Assembly (NCBI GenBank): GCA_005893275.1 | Contig: VBOW01000018.1 | Span: 12,184 to 76,183, forward strand | Reading direction: 5' to 3' | DNA from: Candidatus Eiseniibacteriota bacterium | GTDB lineage: Bacteria > Eisenbacteria > RBG-16-71-46 > SZUA-252 | DNA: 64,000 nt | Shown: one piece after another, positions 8,477 through 18,456 of the stretch | Numbering within the stretch: position 1 is the stretch's first letter | Layout: each line of letters starts with the position of its first letter | Translations under genes and position numbers: made by a program | Notes under the pieces: generated by a model | What the model was told of the DNA's origin: nothing | Seen by the model: the letters and a program-made list of their open reading frames with translations, nothing else | Databases searched by the model: none

Positions 8477-9849
8477 CCACCCAGAAGCGCGGCCGCAGGA
8501 GGCCGCGGGCCCGATCGAAACCTCTCGGCGCACGCGAGCTTGCTCTTCAGATCCTGGTCGCGACCGAGAGCCGGAGCGCCTACTCCGACCGGCTCCTCGA
8601 GACGAGATTGAGGGATGCCGCGCTTCCTCCCGCGGACGCACATCTGGTAACCGCCCTCGTGCAGGGCACGCTCCGTCGCCGCGGGACCCTCGACCACCAC
8701 CTCGCGGCTTTCGCGCGGGAGAACTGGGGCGGGCTGCCCGCCTGGATCAAAGGGGCGCTCCGGTTGGGCGCCTACCAGCTCCTCTGCATGGACAGGATTC
8801 CCGCGTCCGCGGCCGTCCACGAGAGCGTGGAGCTCGCGAAAAAGTACGGCCACCCTGGAACCGCCGGTCTCGCGAACGCAATCCTACGTCGGCTCGCGGG
8901 GGGCGAGCGGGCGCCTTTCCCGGACCCCGGATCCAGCCCGGTGGAGCATCTTTCGGCCTCCCGCTCCCACCCTCGATGGATCGTGGAGCGATGGGTGACA
9001 CGTCTCGGCCGCGAGGAAGCGGAGCGGATGCTCGAGGCGGACAACGAGGAGCCGTCGGTCACGGTGAGGCCGAACCTCGCCCGCGCCTCGAAGGAGGAGA
9101 TCCTGACCCGGTTGCGCTCGGAGGGATTCGAGCCTCAACCGGCCCCGAACGGAGGCCCGGTCTGGATCGTCGGCGGCGGATTCGTGCCCTCGCGCTCCCC
9201 GGTCTTTCGCGACGGGCTCATCTCGCTTCAGGACGAAGCCGAGGCCGCGGTCGTTCCGATCCTCGACCCCGCGCCCGGCGAGCGCATTCTCGATCTCTGC
9301 GCGGCGCCGGGAGGAAAGTCCGCGCAGATCGCGGAGGCCGTCGGGAGCGAAGGGCGCGTGTTCGCCCTCGAGAGGAGCCCCAGCCGCGCTCGGGCGCTCC
9401 GGAACAACCTGTCCGAACGGCTTCGTATGGCCGGGACACGCGTGGTCTGCGGAGACGGGACGAGCCCGCCGTTCCGCGTCGCGTTCGACCGGGTGCTCGT
9501 CGATGCGCCCTGCTCCGGGCTCGGCGTTCTGAGGCGGCGCGCGGACGCGCGCTGGCGCAAGGACGAATCGAGCATCGCCGCGATGGCGGCGCTCCAGCCG
9601 CCGCTCCTCGACGCGGCCGGGCCGCTGGTCCGCCCCCGAGGCGTCTTGGTGTATAGTGTCTGCTCCTTGGAGCCTGAGGAGACCCATGATGTCGTGGAGT
9701 TCTTCCTGCGAGCGCACCCCGACTTCGTGCAGGAAAGCGTCGAGCCCTATGTGCCGCCCGGATTCCGCTCGGGTGTGCCTCATTTGAGCGCGACTCCGCA
9801 CCGGCACGGGACCGACGGCGTTTTCGCCGCGCGCTTTCGCCGCCGATGA
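8473..9849 (+). CDS. rsmB: 16S rRNA (cytosine967-C5)-methyltransferase RsmB/Sun
   Basis: NusB-like N-terminus. SAM-binding (DLCAAPGGK) and catalytic (DAPCSGLG, YSVCS) motifs. ATGA overlap with fmt. Confidence 0.85.
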   Translation: MTTQKRGRRRPRARSKPLGARELALQILVATESRSAYSDRLLETRLRDAALPPADAHLVTALVQGTLRRRGTLDHHLAAFARENWGGLPAWIKGALRLGAYQLLCMDRIPASAAVHESVELAKKYGHPGTAGLANAILRRLAGGERAPFPDPGSSPVEHLSASRSHPRWIVERWVTRLGREEAERMLEADNEEPSVTVRPNLARASKEEILTRLRSEGFEPQPAPNGGPVWIVGGGFVPSRSPVFRDGLISLQDEAEAAVVPILDPAPGERILDLCAAPGGKSAQIAEAVGSEGRVFALERSPSRARALRNNLSERLRMAGTRVVCGDGTSPPFRVAFDRVLVDAPCSGLGVLRRRADARWRKDESSIAAMAALQPPLLDAAGPLVRPRGVLVYSVCSLEPEETHDVVEFFLRAHPDFVQESVEPYVPPGFRSGVPHLSATPHRHGTDGVFAARFRRR

Positions 9850-10652
9850 AGGATTCCGTGGACGTCGATCCGGGCGAAACGCTGCAGGAGACGCCCGCGG
9901 TCCCGCCGCTGCCGCCGGGCGAACGCCGCCGCGGCCCGCGTTTCTCGTTTTGGTCCGGAACCCTCCTGCTCGCGGGCGTGGCGCTCTTCGGCGGGTTTCT
10001 CGTAATGAACCTCGTGCTCATGCCCAGCTTCACCCGCCAGGGTGCCGAGGTGCAGGTGCCGGAGGTGACCGGGCAGAGCGAGATCGAGGCGGAGCGGGTC
10101 CTCGCCGCGGAGGGGCTCAAACTTTCCAAGATCTCCGAGCAGTGGAGCCCGGACGTGGCCCGCGGCTTCGTCATCTCGCAAGATCCTGCCGCCGGGGGAG
10201 TCGTCAAGCGTGGGAGGCGGATCTCGGTAATCGTGAGCCTCGGCGCGCAGGGAACGAGCGTGCCGCTCCTGGACGGCGTGACCGCGCGTCAGGCGCAGCT
10301 CCTCCTCGAGGGGGCGGGCCTCCGCGCGGGTCGGATCGCGAAAGTCTACACCGATGAAGTGAGCAAGGATCTCGTCGTCGCCTCCGACCCGCCGGGCGAA
10401 ACCCTCGTGCAGCAGGGCACGGTCGTGAATCTGCTGGTGAGCCTGGGTCCAAGACCCCAGAGCTACCTGCTTCCCGATCTCACGGGGAGAGACATCGGGG
10501 AGACGATGCGGAGCCTCAGGGAAGAGGGTTTCGCGGTCACGCTGCGGGAAGGAGGAGCGAAGCAAAAGAGCGGGCTCGTATCCGCGCAGGAGCCGTCCGC
10601 CGGGCACCGAGTGTCCCCGCGGGACTCGATTGTGCTCTACCACCACCCGTGA
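9846..10652 (+). CDS. membrane-anchored protein with three PASTA domains (no kinase or transpeptidase domain)
   Basis: N-terminal transmembrane helix followed by three ~65-aa PASTA-like repeats (VPEVTGQS..., VPLLDGVT..., LPDLTGRD...). ATGA and GTGA overlaps on both sides. Confidence 0.7.
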   Translation: MKDSVDVDPGETLQETPAVPPLPPGERRRGPRFSFWSGTLLLAGVALFGGFLVMNLVLMPSFTRQGAEVQVPEVTGQSEIEAERVLAAEGLKLSKISEQWSPDVARGFVISQDPAAGGVVKRGRRISVIVSLGAQGTSVPLLDGVTARQAQLLLEGAGLRAGRIAKVYTDEVSKDLVVASDPPGETLVQQGTVVNLLVSLGPRPQSYLLPDLTGRDIGETMRSLREEGFAVTLREGGAKQKSGLVSAQEPSAGHRVSPRDSIVLYHHP

Positions 10653-11362
10653 GCGGCGGCGCACCGGGGAAGGCCGCGGCCGGCGGTTGGGCGCGCCCGC
10701 GGCGAAACCGGATCTGCCCGTCCATCTTGTCCGCCGATTTCTCCCGGCTCGGAGAGGAGGTCGAGCGCGTCGCCCGGGCGGGCGCCGACTTCCTCCACGT
10801 CGACGTGATGGACGGCCAGTTCGTCCCCAATCTTACCTTCGGGCCGATTCTGGTCCAGGCGATGCGCCGGCTCACCCCGCTCCCGCTCGACGTGCACCTC
10901 ATGGTGGTCGACCCGTTGCGCTTCCTCGATGATTTCGCCGCGGCGGGTGCGGACCATTTGATCCTCCACGTCGAAACGGTCGAGGACCCCGCTCTGGCCG
11001 CCCGCCTCATTCGGGCCCGCGGGCTGCGGGTGGGCCTCGCGATCAAGCCCGAAACTCCGCTTCCGTGGCTCCTCCGGGCCCTCTCCGGGTGCGACATCGC
11101 GCTCGTCATGACGGTCGAGCCGGGCCAGGGCGGCCAGCCGTTTCTCGACGGGTCGGAGGAGCGTATCGCGGCGGTGCGGGCCGCGATCGAGGACGGGAGC
11201 CTCGACTGCCTGCTGGGGGTCGACGGAGGCATCAACCCCTCGACGGCTCGGCGGGCCGCGCGCGCGGGCGCGGACACGTTCATCGCGGGGCATTCGATCT
11301 TCCGCACGCCCGATCCGGTCGCGGCGCTTCAGGCGCTCCGTCGAAGCGTCGAAACCGCGTGA
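10649..11362 (+). CDS. rpe: ribulose-phosphate 3-epimerase
   Basis: Rpe motifs PSILSADF, HVDVMDG and VDGGI. Confidence 0.9.
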   Translation: MSGGAPGKAAAGGWARPRRNRICPSILSADFSRLGEEVERVARAGADFLHVDVMDGQFVPNLTFGPILVQAMRRLTPLPLDVHLMVVDPLRFLDDFAAAGADHLILHVETVEDPALAARLIRARGLRVGLAIKPETPLPWLLRALSGCDIALVMTVEPGQGGQPFLDGSEERIAAVRAAIEDGSLDCLLGVDGGINPSTARRAARAGADTFIAGHSIFRTPDPVAALQALRRSVETA

Positions 11363-12342
11363 ACGTGCTGGTGACCGGCGGCGCCGGATACATCGGGAGC
11401 GTCGTCGTCGAGGAGCTCGTGCGGGCTCGGAATTCAGCGATCGCGCTGGATGATCTCTCCACCGGTCACCGGGACGCCGTCGCCCCGCTGGCCCTTCTCG
11501 TCGAAGGGGGAATCCGCGACCCCGAGAAGCTCGACGAGGCCTTTCAGGCGAAGAAGATCGATTGTGTCATCCACCTGGCCGCCAAATCGCTGGTCGCGGA
11601 GTCGGTGGCGAAGCCCGACCTCTACGAGGAAGCCAACGTCACGCAAGGGATCCTCCTCCTCGACGCCATGCGGGCCCACGGCGTGACCGATCTCGTCTTC
11701 TCTTCCTCGGCCGCCGTCTACGACCCGTCCGCCCCCATGCCCCTCACCGAGACCTCGCTGCTCCGCCCGACGAACCCCTATGGAGCGACGAAGCTCCGAT
11801 TCGAGCGCATCCTCGAGGAGCGCGCCGCGCGTGGTGAAATCCGCTACGTCGCGCTTCGCTACTTCAACGTGGCGGGGGCGAGCATCGACCGCGGCGAGGA
11901 TCACCGGGACGAGACACACCTGATTCCGCTTCTCCTCGATGCCGCCCGCGGGGCGCGGGAGCCGGTGCCGATCTACGGATCGGACTACCCGACTCCCGAC
12001 GGCACCGCCATCCGAGACTATGTTCACGTGGTCGACATCGCGGAAGCCCACGTCCGCGCGATCCGCTATCTCGCCGAGGGGGGCGAAAGCCGCGCGCTGA
12101 ACCTGGGCGCGGGGCGGGGTGTCTCGGTGCGCGAGGTGGTCGCGGCGGTTCAATCGGTGACCGGACGGCCGGTGCCAACCCTCCCGGCGGCGCGGAGGCC
12201 CGGAGATCCGCCCGCGCTGATTGCCTCCTCGGAAGCCGCGCGCCGCGTGCTAGGCTGGAGCCCCCAATTCGGGGATCTGGGCGTGATCCTCGAGACGGCC
12301 TGGGGCTGGCGGGTGCGCCACCCGGAGGGCTACAAGGAATGA
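11359..12342 (+). CDS. galE: UDP-glucose 4-epimerase
   Basis: NAD-binding GGAGYIGS. YxxxK region. GalE-specific C-terminal blocks (YGSDYPTPDGTAIRDYVHV, LNLGAGRGVSV). GTGA overlap with rpe. Confidence 0.85.
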   Translation: MNVLVTGGAGYIGSVVVEELVRARNSAIALDDLSTGHRDAVAPLALLVEGGIRDPEKLDEAFQAKKIDCVIHLAAKSLVAESVAKPDLYEEANVTQGILLLDAMRAHGVTDLVFSSSAAVYDPSAPMPLTETSLLRPTNPYGATKLRFERILEERAARGEIRYVALRYFNVAGASIDRGEDHRDETHLIPLLLDAARGAREPVPIYGSDYPTPDGTAIRDYVHVVDIAEAHVRAIRYLAEGGESRALNLGAGRGVSVREVVAAVQSVTGRPVPTLPAARRPGDPPALIASSEAARRVLGWSPQFGDLGVILETAWGWRVRHPEGYKE

Positions 12343-12647
12343 GCGAAAAAAACGACGAAACCGAAGGGCGCGACCCGGACGAGCTCGCTCGCGAGCCTTT
12401 GGTATCGGTACGGGAAGTGCCGGACGAGCAGACCGCCACCATGCTTTGCGATTTCTTGAAGAGCCAGGGGATCGAGGCCACCCCGCAGCCGGTCCAAATC
12501 GCATGGTTCAGCACGCTGGAAACGCTTCACCACGGGTTCTGGGGACGGGTCGAGGTGCTGGGGAGGGACGCCGAACGCGCGCGCGCCCTCATCGAGGAGT
12601 ACCTGGCGGCGACCCCGGAGCAGGGCCCGGGAGAGGAGATCGCCTGA
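12339..12647 (+). CDS. small DUF2007-like hypothetical protein
   Basis: 102-aa acidic ORF wedged between galE (ATGA overlap) and the heptose kinase gene. Resembles DUF2007-type small proteins. Confidence 0.4.
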   Translation: MSEKNDETEGRDPDELAREPLVSVREVPDEQTATMLCDFLKSQGIEATPQPVQIAWFSTLETLHHGFWGRVEVLGRDAERARALIEEYLAATPEQGPGEEIA

Positions 12648-13681
12648 CCTCCGTCGGCAGAGGAGAAATCGGGGCTCAAGCCGCGCCGCTCCTCACCCGC
12701 GCGGCGCTCGAAGCCCGCGTCCGGAGCTTCCGCGGCCGCCGGGTGGTCGTGATCGGCGACGTCATCCTCGACCGCTATCTGTGGGGCAGCGCCACCCGCG
12801 TCTCCCCCGAAGCGCCCGTGCTCGTGGTCGACGTGGAGCGCGAAGAGCTTCGACTGGGCGGGGCGGCCAATGTGGCGCACAACGTCCGCGCGCTCGGGGC
12901 GACGCCTGTCTTGATCGGGGTCGCGGGGGCGGATGCTGCGGCCGAGAGCCTCAGGCGCGAGCTTCACGCGCGCGAGGTCGACTCAAACGGCGGCGTGCTC
13001 TCCGATCCCACCCGACGCACAACGCTCAAGACGCGCATCATCGCGCACCACCAACAGGTCCTGCGCGCCGACGAGGAATCCCGTGAAGCTCCGGAATCCT
13101 CGGTGCTCGAGGAGCTCTGGCGCCGCGTCGAGCGCGCGCTTCCCGACGCCTCCTCGGTGCTGGTCTCCGACTACGGCAAGGGGGTCGTCACCCCCGCGTT
13201 GCTGGACCGGCTCCTGCCCGAGCTCAAGCGCCGCGGCATTCCCTGCGCGGTCGATCCCAAAGAGGAGCATTTTCTCCGCTACCGAGGCGTTTCGATCATC
13301 ACGCCCAACGTCGCGGAGGCCTCCCAAGCCTGGGGGCGGAGGATCCGCAGCAACGAGGACCTGACCGAGGCGGGCTTCGGGCTGCGGGAAAAGCTCGACG
13401 CCGAAGCGGTCCTCATCACGCGCGGGGAAGAAGGGATGTCGCTGTTCACCCCCGAGGGGCACACCCACTTTCCGACCCGGGCGCGGAGGGTCTTCGACGT
13501 GACGGGAGCGGGAGACACCGTGGTCGCGACGATCGGGACCGCGCTCGCGGCGCGCGCTCCGCTGCCGGAGGCGTGCGTGCTCGCCAATCACGCGGCGGGG
13601 CTCGTCGTGGCGGAGCTGGGCACCGCGGCGGCGAGCGTGGCGAAGCTCATCGAATCCTTGGGAGACCTGCCCGTTGGGTGA
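12644..13681 (+). CDS. hldA: D-glycero-beta-D-manno-heptose-7-phosphate kinase (RfaE/HldE domain I, PfkB family)
   Basis: Ribokinase-fold motifs (VVIGDVILDRY, GGAANVA, DVTGAGDT). Start ambiguous: CTG at 12644 (CTGA overlap) or in-frame GTG at 12743. Confidence 0.75.
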   Translation: MTSVGRGEIGAQAAPLLTRAALEARVRSFRGRRVVVIGDVILDRYLWGSATRVSPEAPVLVVDVEREELRLGGAANVAHNVRALGATPVLIGVAGADAAAESLRRELHAREVDSNGGVLSDPTRRTTLKTRIIAHHQQVLRADEESREAPESSVLEELWRRVERALPDASSVLVSDYGKGVVTPALLDRLLPELKRRGIPCAVDPKEEHFLRYRGVSIITPNVAEASQAWGRRIRSNEDLTEAGFGLREKLDAEAVLITRGEEGMSLFTPEGHTHFPTRARRVFDVTGAGDTVVATIGTALAARAPLPEACVLANHAAGLVVAELGTAAASVAKLIESLGDLPVG

Positions 13682-14150
13682 AATTCTCACCCTGGAGGAC
13701 GCGAAGCGCAGGCGAAAGGCGGCTCGAATCCTGGGCAGGCGTTTCGTATTCACCAACGGCTGCTTCGACCTGATCCACCCCGGGCACACCGAGCTCCTCC
13801 GCCGCGCACGGGGCCTGGGCCACTACCTCCTGGTGGGGCTCAATTCCGACCGATCGGTCCGCGCGATCAAGGGCCCCGGACATCCGATCCAGGGCGAGTT
13901 GGCGCGCGCGACGGTCGTGGCCGCGCTCGCGAGCGTCGACTACGTCGTGCTCTTCGACGAGGAGACCCCGCTTCGCCTGATCGAGGAGATCCTTCCCGAC
14001 GTTCTGGTAAAAGGCGGGGACTATACCCCGGCCAACGTCGTCGGGCGGGAGGCGGTCGAGCGGGCCGGCGGCCAGGTCCATTTGATCCCGCTCGTTCCCG
14101 GCTTTTCGTCCTCCTCGATTACCGACCGGATCCGCTCGGGCCACCCCTAG
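13674..14150 (+). CDS. hldC: D-glycero-beta-D-manno-heptose-1-phosphate adenylyltransferase (RfaE/HldE domain II)
   Basis: Cytidylyltransferase-like motifs (NGCFDLIHPGH, VLVKGGDY). TTG start overlaps the kinase gene by 8 nt. Confidence 0.8.
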   Translation: MGEILTLEDAKRRRKAARILGRRFVFTNGCFDLIHPGHTELLRRARGLGHYLLVGLNSDRSVRAIKGPGHPIQGELARATVVAALASVDYVVLFDEETPLRLIEEILPDVLVKGGDYTPANVVGREAVERAGGQVHLIPLVPGFSSSSITDRIRSGHP

Positions 14151-14191
14151 CGAGCCCACACCCGGCCCCGGAACCGTCCGGAGCGGCGGGC

Positions 14192-14221
14192 TTGACAGGG
14201 GCGCGCCGTAGCGGGTAACGT
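14192..14221 (+). promoter_or_regulatory. candidate sigma-70-type promoter (TTGACA-N18-TAACGT) upstream of the COG2403-like gene
   Basis: Perfect -35 hexamer TTGACA at 14192. Weak -10 TAACGT 18 nt downstream. Lies in the 212-nt gap after hldC. Confidence 0.3.
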
Positions 14222-14362
14222 GTTGTGTTTTCCCAACGTAGTGGATCCAGTGCGACCCTGATCGGCGATGTCCTGCTCCGCGGCGAGCGGCTCGAAGCTT
14301 CGACCGCATTACTCGGGATACGCCGGTTCCTGCACGAAACCCTTGAAGGAGGTGTGCCTCGA

Positions 14363-15808
14363 GTGAGTAAGCAACGACGTGTTGTGATCATGGGCGCTGG
14401 CGGACGAGATTTTCACAACTTCAACGTTTTCTTCAAGAAACGCCCCGAGTACTTCGTCGTGGCGTTCACGGCATCCGCCCAAATTCCCGGAATCGACGAC
14501 CGCCGCTATCCCTCTGCCCTGGCCGGCGGGCGGTACCCCAAGGGAATCCCCATCGTCTCCGAGCAGGAGCTGCCCGACTTGATCCGCGAGCACGACGTCG
14601 ACGAGGTCGTTTTCGCCTACAGCGACGTCTCCCACGAATACGTGATGCACAAGGCATCGTGGATCGCGAGCTTGGGCTGCGACTTCACGCTCATGGGTCC
14701 GAAAGCGACGCAGCTCACGAGTCGCGTCCCGGTCATCGCGGTGAACGCGGTGCGCACCGGCTCGGGGAAGAGCCAGACCACGCGCAAGGTCTGCGAGGTC
14801 TTGAAGGCGATGGCGAAGCGGGTCGTCGCGATCCGCCATCCGATGCCGTACGGGGATCTCTCCCGCCAAGGCGTGCAGCGCTTCGAAACCTACGCCGACC
14901 TGGACAAGCACAAGTGCACGATCGAGGAGCGCGAGGAGTACGAGCCCCATCTCGACCGCGGCACGATCGTCTACGCCGGGATCGACTACGCGGAGATTCT
15001 CCGCGCGGCCGAACGGGAGGCGGACGTCATCGTCTGGGACGGCGGGAACAATGATTTCTCGTTCGTGAAGCCGAATCTCCAGGTCGTGGTGGCGGATCCG
15101 CACCGCCCCGGTCACGAGCGCTCCTATCATCCCGGCGAGACGAACGTGCGCCTCGCGGACGTGGTGGTGATCAACAAGGAGACGACGACCGACTACGAGA
15201 ACATCGAAGCGGTCCGCAGCTCGGTTCAGACGCTCAACCCGGAGGCCGTCATCATCGACGCCGCCTCGCCGATCACCGTCGATCATCCGGAGCGGATCCG
15301 GGGGAAGCGCGCCCTCGTGATCGAGGATGGGCCGACCTTGACCCATGGAGAGATGAAATACGGCGCGGGAGTCATCGCCGCGCGCCGCCACGGGGCGAGC
15401 GAGATCGTGGACCCCAGGCCCTGGCTCGTGGGAGGCATCAAGGACACGTTCCGCCAATATCCGGATATCGGTCCCCTCCTTCCGGCGATGGGGTACTCGA
15501 AGGAGCAGATACGGGATCTCGAGCGCACGATCAACGGATGCGATTGCGACGTCGTGATCGTCGCGACGCCCATCGATCTGAGACGCCTCGTGAAAATGAA
15601 ACACCCGGCCGTGCGCGTGGGCTACGAGCTGGAGGAGATCGGCCGGCCGAAGCTCGAGGACGTAATCCGAGAAATGCTGGGTCGCGTGGAGGCTTCCGGC
15701 TTCAAGAAGCCGGGGGCGAAGGACAGGCAAGGAAGAGCCGCCGGGCTCGGCGCGGGCGGCATGAAAAAGGCGGCCCGCAAGGCGGCGCGGGTGAAGACCA
15801 AGCGTTGA
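14363..15808 (+). CDS. COG2403-family predicted GTPase / cyclic 2,3-diphosphoglycerate synthetase-like protein
   Basis: Strong GGAGGTG Shine-Dalgarno 6 nt before GTG 14363. P-loop RTGSGKSQTT and DGGNND motif. Overall resemblance to the archaeal cDPG synthetase / MJ0484-like family. Lys/Arg-rich C-terminal tail. Confidence 0.55.
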   Translation: MSKQRRVVIMGAGGRDFHNFNVFFKKRPEYFVVAFTASAQIPGIDDRRYPSALAGGRYPKGIPIVSEQELPDLIREHDVDEVVFAYSDVSHEYVMHKASWIASLGCDFTLMGPKATQLTSRVPVIAVNAVRTGSGKSQTTRKVCEVLKAMAKRVVAIRHPMPYGDLSRQGVQRFETYADLDKHKCTIEEREEYEPHLDRGTIVYAGIDYAEILRAAEREADVIVWDGGNNDFSFVKPNLQVVVADPHRPGHERSYHPGETNVRLADVVVINKETTTDYENIEAVRSSVQTLNPEAVIIDAASPITVDHPERIRGKRALVIEDGPTLTHGEMKYGAGVIAARRHGASEIVDPRPWLVGGIKDTFRQYPDIGPLLPAMGYSKEQIRDLERTINGCDCDVVIVATPIDLRRLVKMKHPAVRVGYELEEIGRPKLEDVIREMLGRVEASGFKKPGAKDRQGRAAGLGAGGMKKAARKAARVKTKR

Positions 15809-16941
15809 ACCTGCACGAATATCAGTCCAAGGGCATTTTTCGGGCCGCGGGGATCCCGGTCCCGCCGGGGGACGTGGTCTCGAACGTGGAAGACGCGCTC
15901 GCCGCCGCGGAGCGTTTCGGCTATCCGGTCGTGGTCAAGGCCCAGGTCCTGGTCGGCGGCCGCGGCAAGGCGGGGGGCGTCAAGGTGGTGCGCGGCGGGG
16001 AGGAGCTTTCGCGCGAAGCGGGGCGCATCCTCGGGATGGAGCTCCGCGGGCTCAAGGTGAACCGCGTGCTGATCACGCCATCGGCGGAGATCGCGCGCGA
16101 GTATTACGCGGGGATCGTTCTGGATCGGAGGAACGAGAGCCCGCTCCTCATGGTGAGCCCGGCCGGCGGGATCGACATCGAAGAGGTGGCGCGCGCGGGC
16201 CCCGAGAAGATCCTCCGGATTCCGATCGACGGGAGAGGGCTCCCGGGCTACAGGGCGAGGGCCGCCGCGCGATTCCTGGACAAGGACCCGGCGGTTCAGA
16301 AGCGGATCGTCCCGATCCTGATCCGACTCGTACGCGCCTACCACGATCAAGACGCCTCCTTGGCCGAGATCAATCCGCTCGCCGTCACGAAGGACGGCCT
16401 TGTCCTGGCCCTCGACGCGAAGATCGTGCTCGACGACAATGCCCTCGACCGGCATCCCGATCTCGCGGCCATGCGCGATCTCTCGGCCGAAGATCCGGGC
16501 GAGATCGAGGCGCGCGAGCGAGGTCTCTCGTACGTGAAGCTCGACGGAACGATCGGATGCGTCGTGAACGGCGCGGGGCTCGCGATGGCGACCATGGACC
16601 TGATCCAGTTCCACGGAGGGAAGCCGGCGAACTTCCTCGATATCGGGGGCTCTTCGAACCCGGACAAGGTCGAAGCCGCGATGCATATCCTGACCGGAGA
16701 CCCGCGCGTGCGGGCCGTGCTTTTCAATATTTTCGGCGGCATCACCCGCTGCGACGACGTCGCGCGGGGACTCCTTCTCGCGCTCGACCGCCTGAACGTG
16801 AGGATCCCGATCGTGATCCGGCTCACGGGTACCAACGAGAAGGAAGCGCGCGAGATCCTGGGAGAGCGCGGGCTCATGGCCCTGAGCGACATGGATGAAG
16901 CGGTGCGGGCCGTGATCGCGCGCGCGGCGGAGGCGGCGTGA
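15805..16941 (+). CDS. sucC: succinyl-CoA synthetase beta subunit
   Basis: ATP-grasp domain and CoA-ligase domain. TTG start overlaps the upstream stop (TTGA). Confidence 0.9.
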   Translation: MNLHEYQSKGIFRAAGIPVPPGDVVSNVEDALAAAERFGYPVVVKAQVLVGGRGKAGGVKVVRGGEELSREAGRILGMELRGLKVNRVLITPSAEIAREYYAGIVLDRRNESPLLMVSPAGGIDIEEVARAGPEKILRIPIDGRGLPGYRARAAARFLDKDPAVQKRIVPILIRLVRAYHDQDASLAEINPLAVTKDGLVLALDAKIVLDDNALDRHPDLAAMRDLSAEDPGEIEARERGLSYVKLDGTIGCVVNGAGLAMATMDLIQFHGGKPANFLDIGGSSNPDKVEAAMHILTGDPRVRAVLFNIFGGITRCDDVARGLLLALDRLNVRIPIVIRLTGTNEKEAREILGERGLMALSDMDEAVRAVIARAAEAA

Positions 16942-17885
16942 GCGTTCTGGTCGGGCGCGCGACGAAGGTCGTGGTGCAGGGGATCACGGGACGCGACGGC
17001 TCCTTTCACACGCGCGGCATGCTCGACTACGGCACCAAGGTCGTGGCCGGCGTCACCCCCGGAAAAGGGGGAGACAAGGTGCATTCGGTTCCGGTTTTCG
17101 ATTCGGTCGAGGAGGCGGTGGCGAAGACGGGCGCGAACTGCTCGGTCATCTACGTTCCCGCGGCGCTCGCCCAGGACGCGATCTACGAAGCCGTCGACTC
17201 CGGGATCCCCCTCGTGGTCTGCATCAGCGAAGGAATCCCCGTGCGCGACATGGTGGAGGTCTCTGCCTATACGCGGGGCCGGCAGGTCCGGCTCGTCGGG
17301 CCGAATTGTCCGGGGCTCATCTCGCCCGGGTCGTGCAAGGTGGGCATCATGCCGGGAACGATCGTGAAACCGGGGAAGGTGGGCGTGGTGAGCCGCAGCG
17401 GCACGCTCACCTACGAAGTGGTCTGGCAGCTCACCCGCGCGGGCCTGGGCCAGTCCACGTGCATCGGCATCGGCGGCGATCCGATCGTGGGGACCCGGTT
17501 CGCCGACATGTTGGCCCTCTACCAGCAGGACCCCGGAACCGAGGCGATCGTCTTGATCGGCGAGATCGGCGGAAGCGACGAAGAGGACGCCGCGCTTCTG
17601 ATCCGGCGCGCGATCTCAAAGCCGGTCGTCGCGTTCATCGCGGGCCAGACCGCTCCCCCCGGAAAGCGCATGGGCCACGCGGGCGCGATCGTGTCTGGAG
17701 GCTCCGGCACCGCCCAGGAGAAAATGGCCCGCCTTCAGGAGGCCGGCATCCCCGTCGCGAAGACGCCGTCCGAGATCCCGGGCTTGATTGCGGCCGCGCT
17801 CCGACCGAGGCGGAAGTCCAAGCTCAAGCTGGTGCGCGGCAAGGCGAAGAAACCGGCTCCCGCCACCCGGCGGCGCGGACGCTAG
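16938..17885 (+). CDS. sucD: succinyl-CoA synthetase alpha subunit
   Basis: CoA-binding GITGRDG. Active-site His motif (GHAGAI). Confidence 0.9.
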   Translation: MSVLVGRATKVVVQGITGRDGSFHTRGMLDYGTKVVAGVTPGKGGDKVHSVPVFDSVEEAVAKTGANCSVIYVPAALAQDAIYEAVDSGIPLVVCISEGIPVRDMVEVSAYTRGRQVRLVGPNCPGLISPGSCKVGIMPGTIVKPGKVGVVSRSGTLTYEVVWQLTRAGLGQSTCIGIGGDPIVGTRFADMLALYQQDPGTEAIVLIGEIGGSDEEDAALLIRRAISKPVVAFIAGQTAPPGKRMGHAGAIVSGGSGTAQEKMARLQEAGIPVAKTPSEIPGLIAAALRPRRKSKLKLVRGKAKKPAPATRRRGR

Positions 17886-18028
17886 CGACGCCCCAGGCGG
17901 TTCCGCTGCCGCGCCACACCGACCCTGTTCGCCGTGATCCCCCTTCTCCAGAAGGAAGCCTTATTCCCCAAAGGGAATCCGCGCCGCTTCGCATTTAGCC
18001 CGGCCCCGCATCGCAAGGAGGAAGAGAC

Positions 18029-18445
18029 TTGGAGGAAACACTTTTCATGATCAAGCCGGACGCCGTGGAGAAGCACAAGGTCGGCGTCATCCTGGCCGAG
18101 GCCGAGCGCGCCGGGTTCGAGATTCTGGACCTGCGTCTCGTGAGGCTCGCGCCGCGCGACGCCCGGCTCTTCTACGCGGTGCACGAGGGGAAGCCCTTCT
18201 TAGAGGAGCTGGTCCAGTTCATGTCGTCCGGCCCGGCGATCCCATGCCGGGTTCGGCGCGAGAACGCCGTCCAGGCGCTTCGGGATCTGATCGGCGCCAC
18301 CGATCCCAAGGAAGCCAAGCCGGGCACGATCCGGGCACGATTCGCGGAGAGCAAGGGGCGGAACGCGGTGCATGCGTCCGACTCGCCGGAGTCCGCGCGC
18401 GCCGAGATCGAATTCTTCTTCGGAGACGGGTCGGCGCGACGCTAA
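18029..18445 (+). CDS. ndk: nucleoside diphosphate kinase
   Basis: NDK motifs (FIMIKPD, NAVHASDS with active-site His). AAGGAGGAAG Shine-Dalgarno before the TTG start. Confidence 0.9.
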   Translation: MEETLFMIKPDAVEKHKVGVILAEAERAGFEILDLRLVRLAPRDARLFYAVHEGKPFLEELVQFMSSGPAIPCRVRRENAVQALRDLIGATDPKEAKPGTIRARFAESKGRNAVHASDSPESARAEIEFFFGDGSARR

Positions 18446-18456
18446 TCTAAAGAGCC

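Noticed and set aside
17886-18028. Possible small RNA or tRNA in the 143-nt sucD-ndk gap
   Set aside because: Only a short 6-bp hairpin (ATTCCC/GGGAAT) is present. There is no tRNA-like cloverleaf signature, no conserved promoter, and no T-tract terminator.
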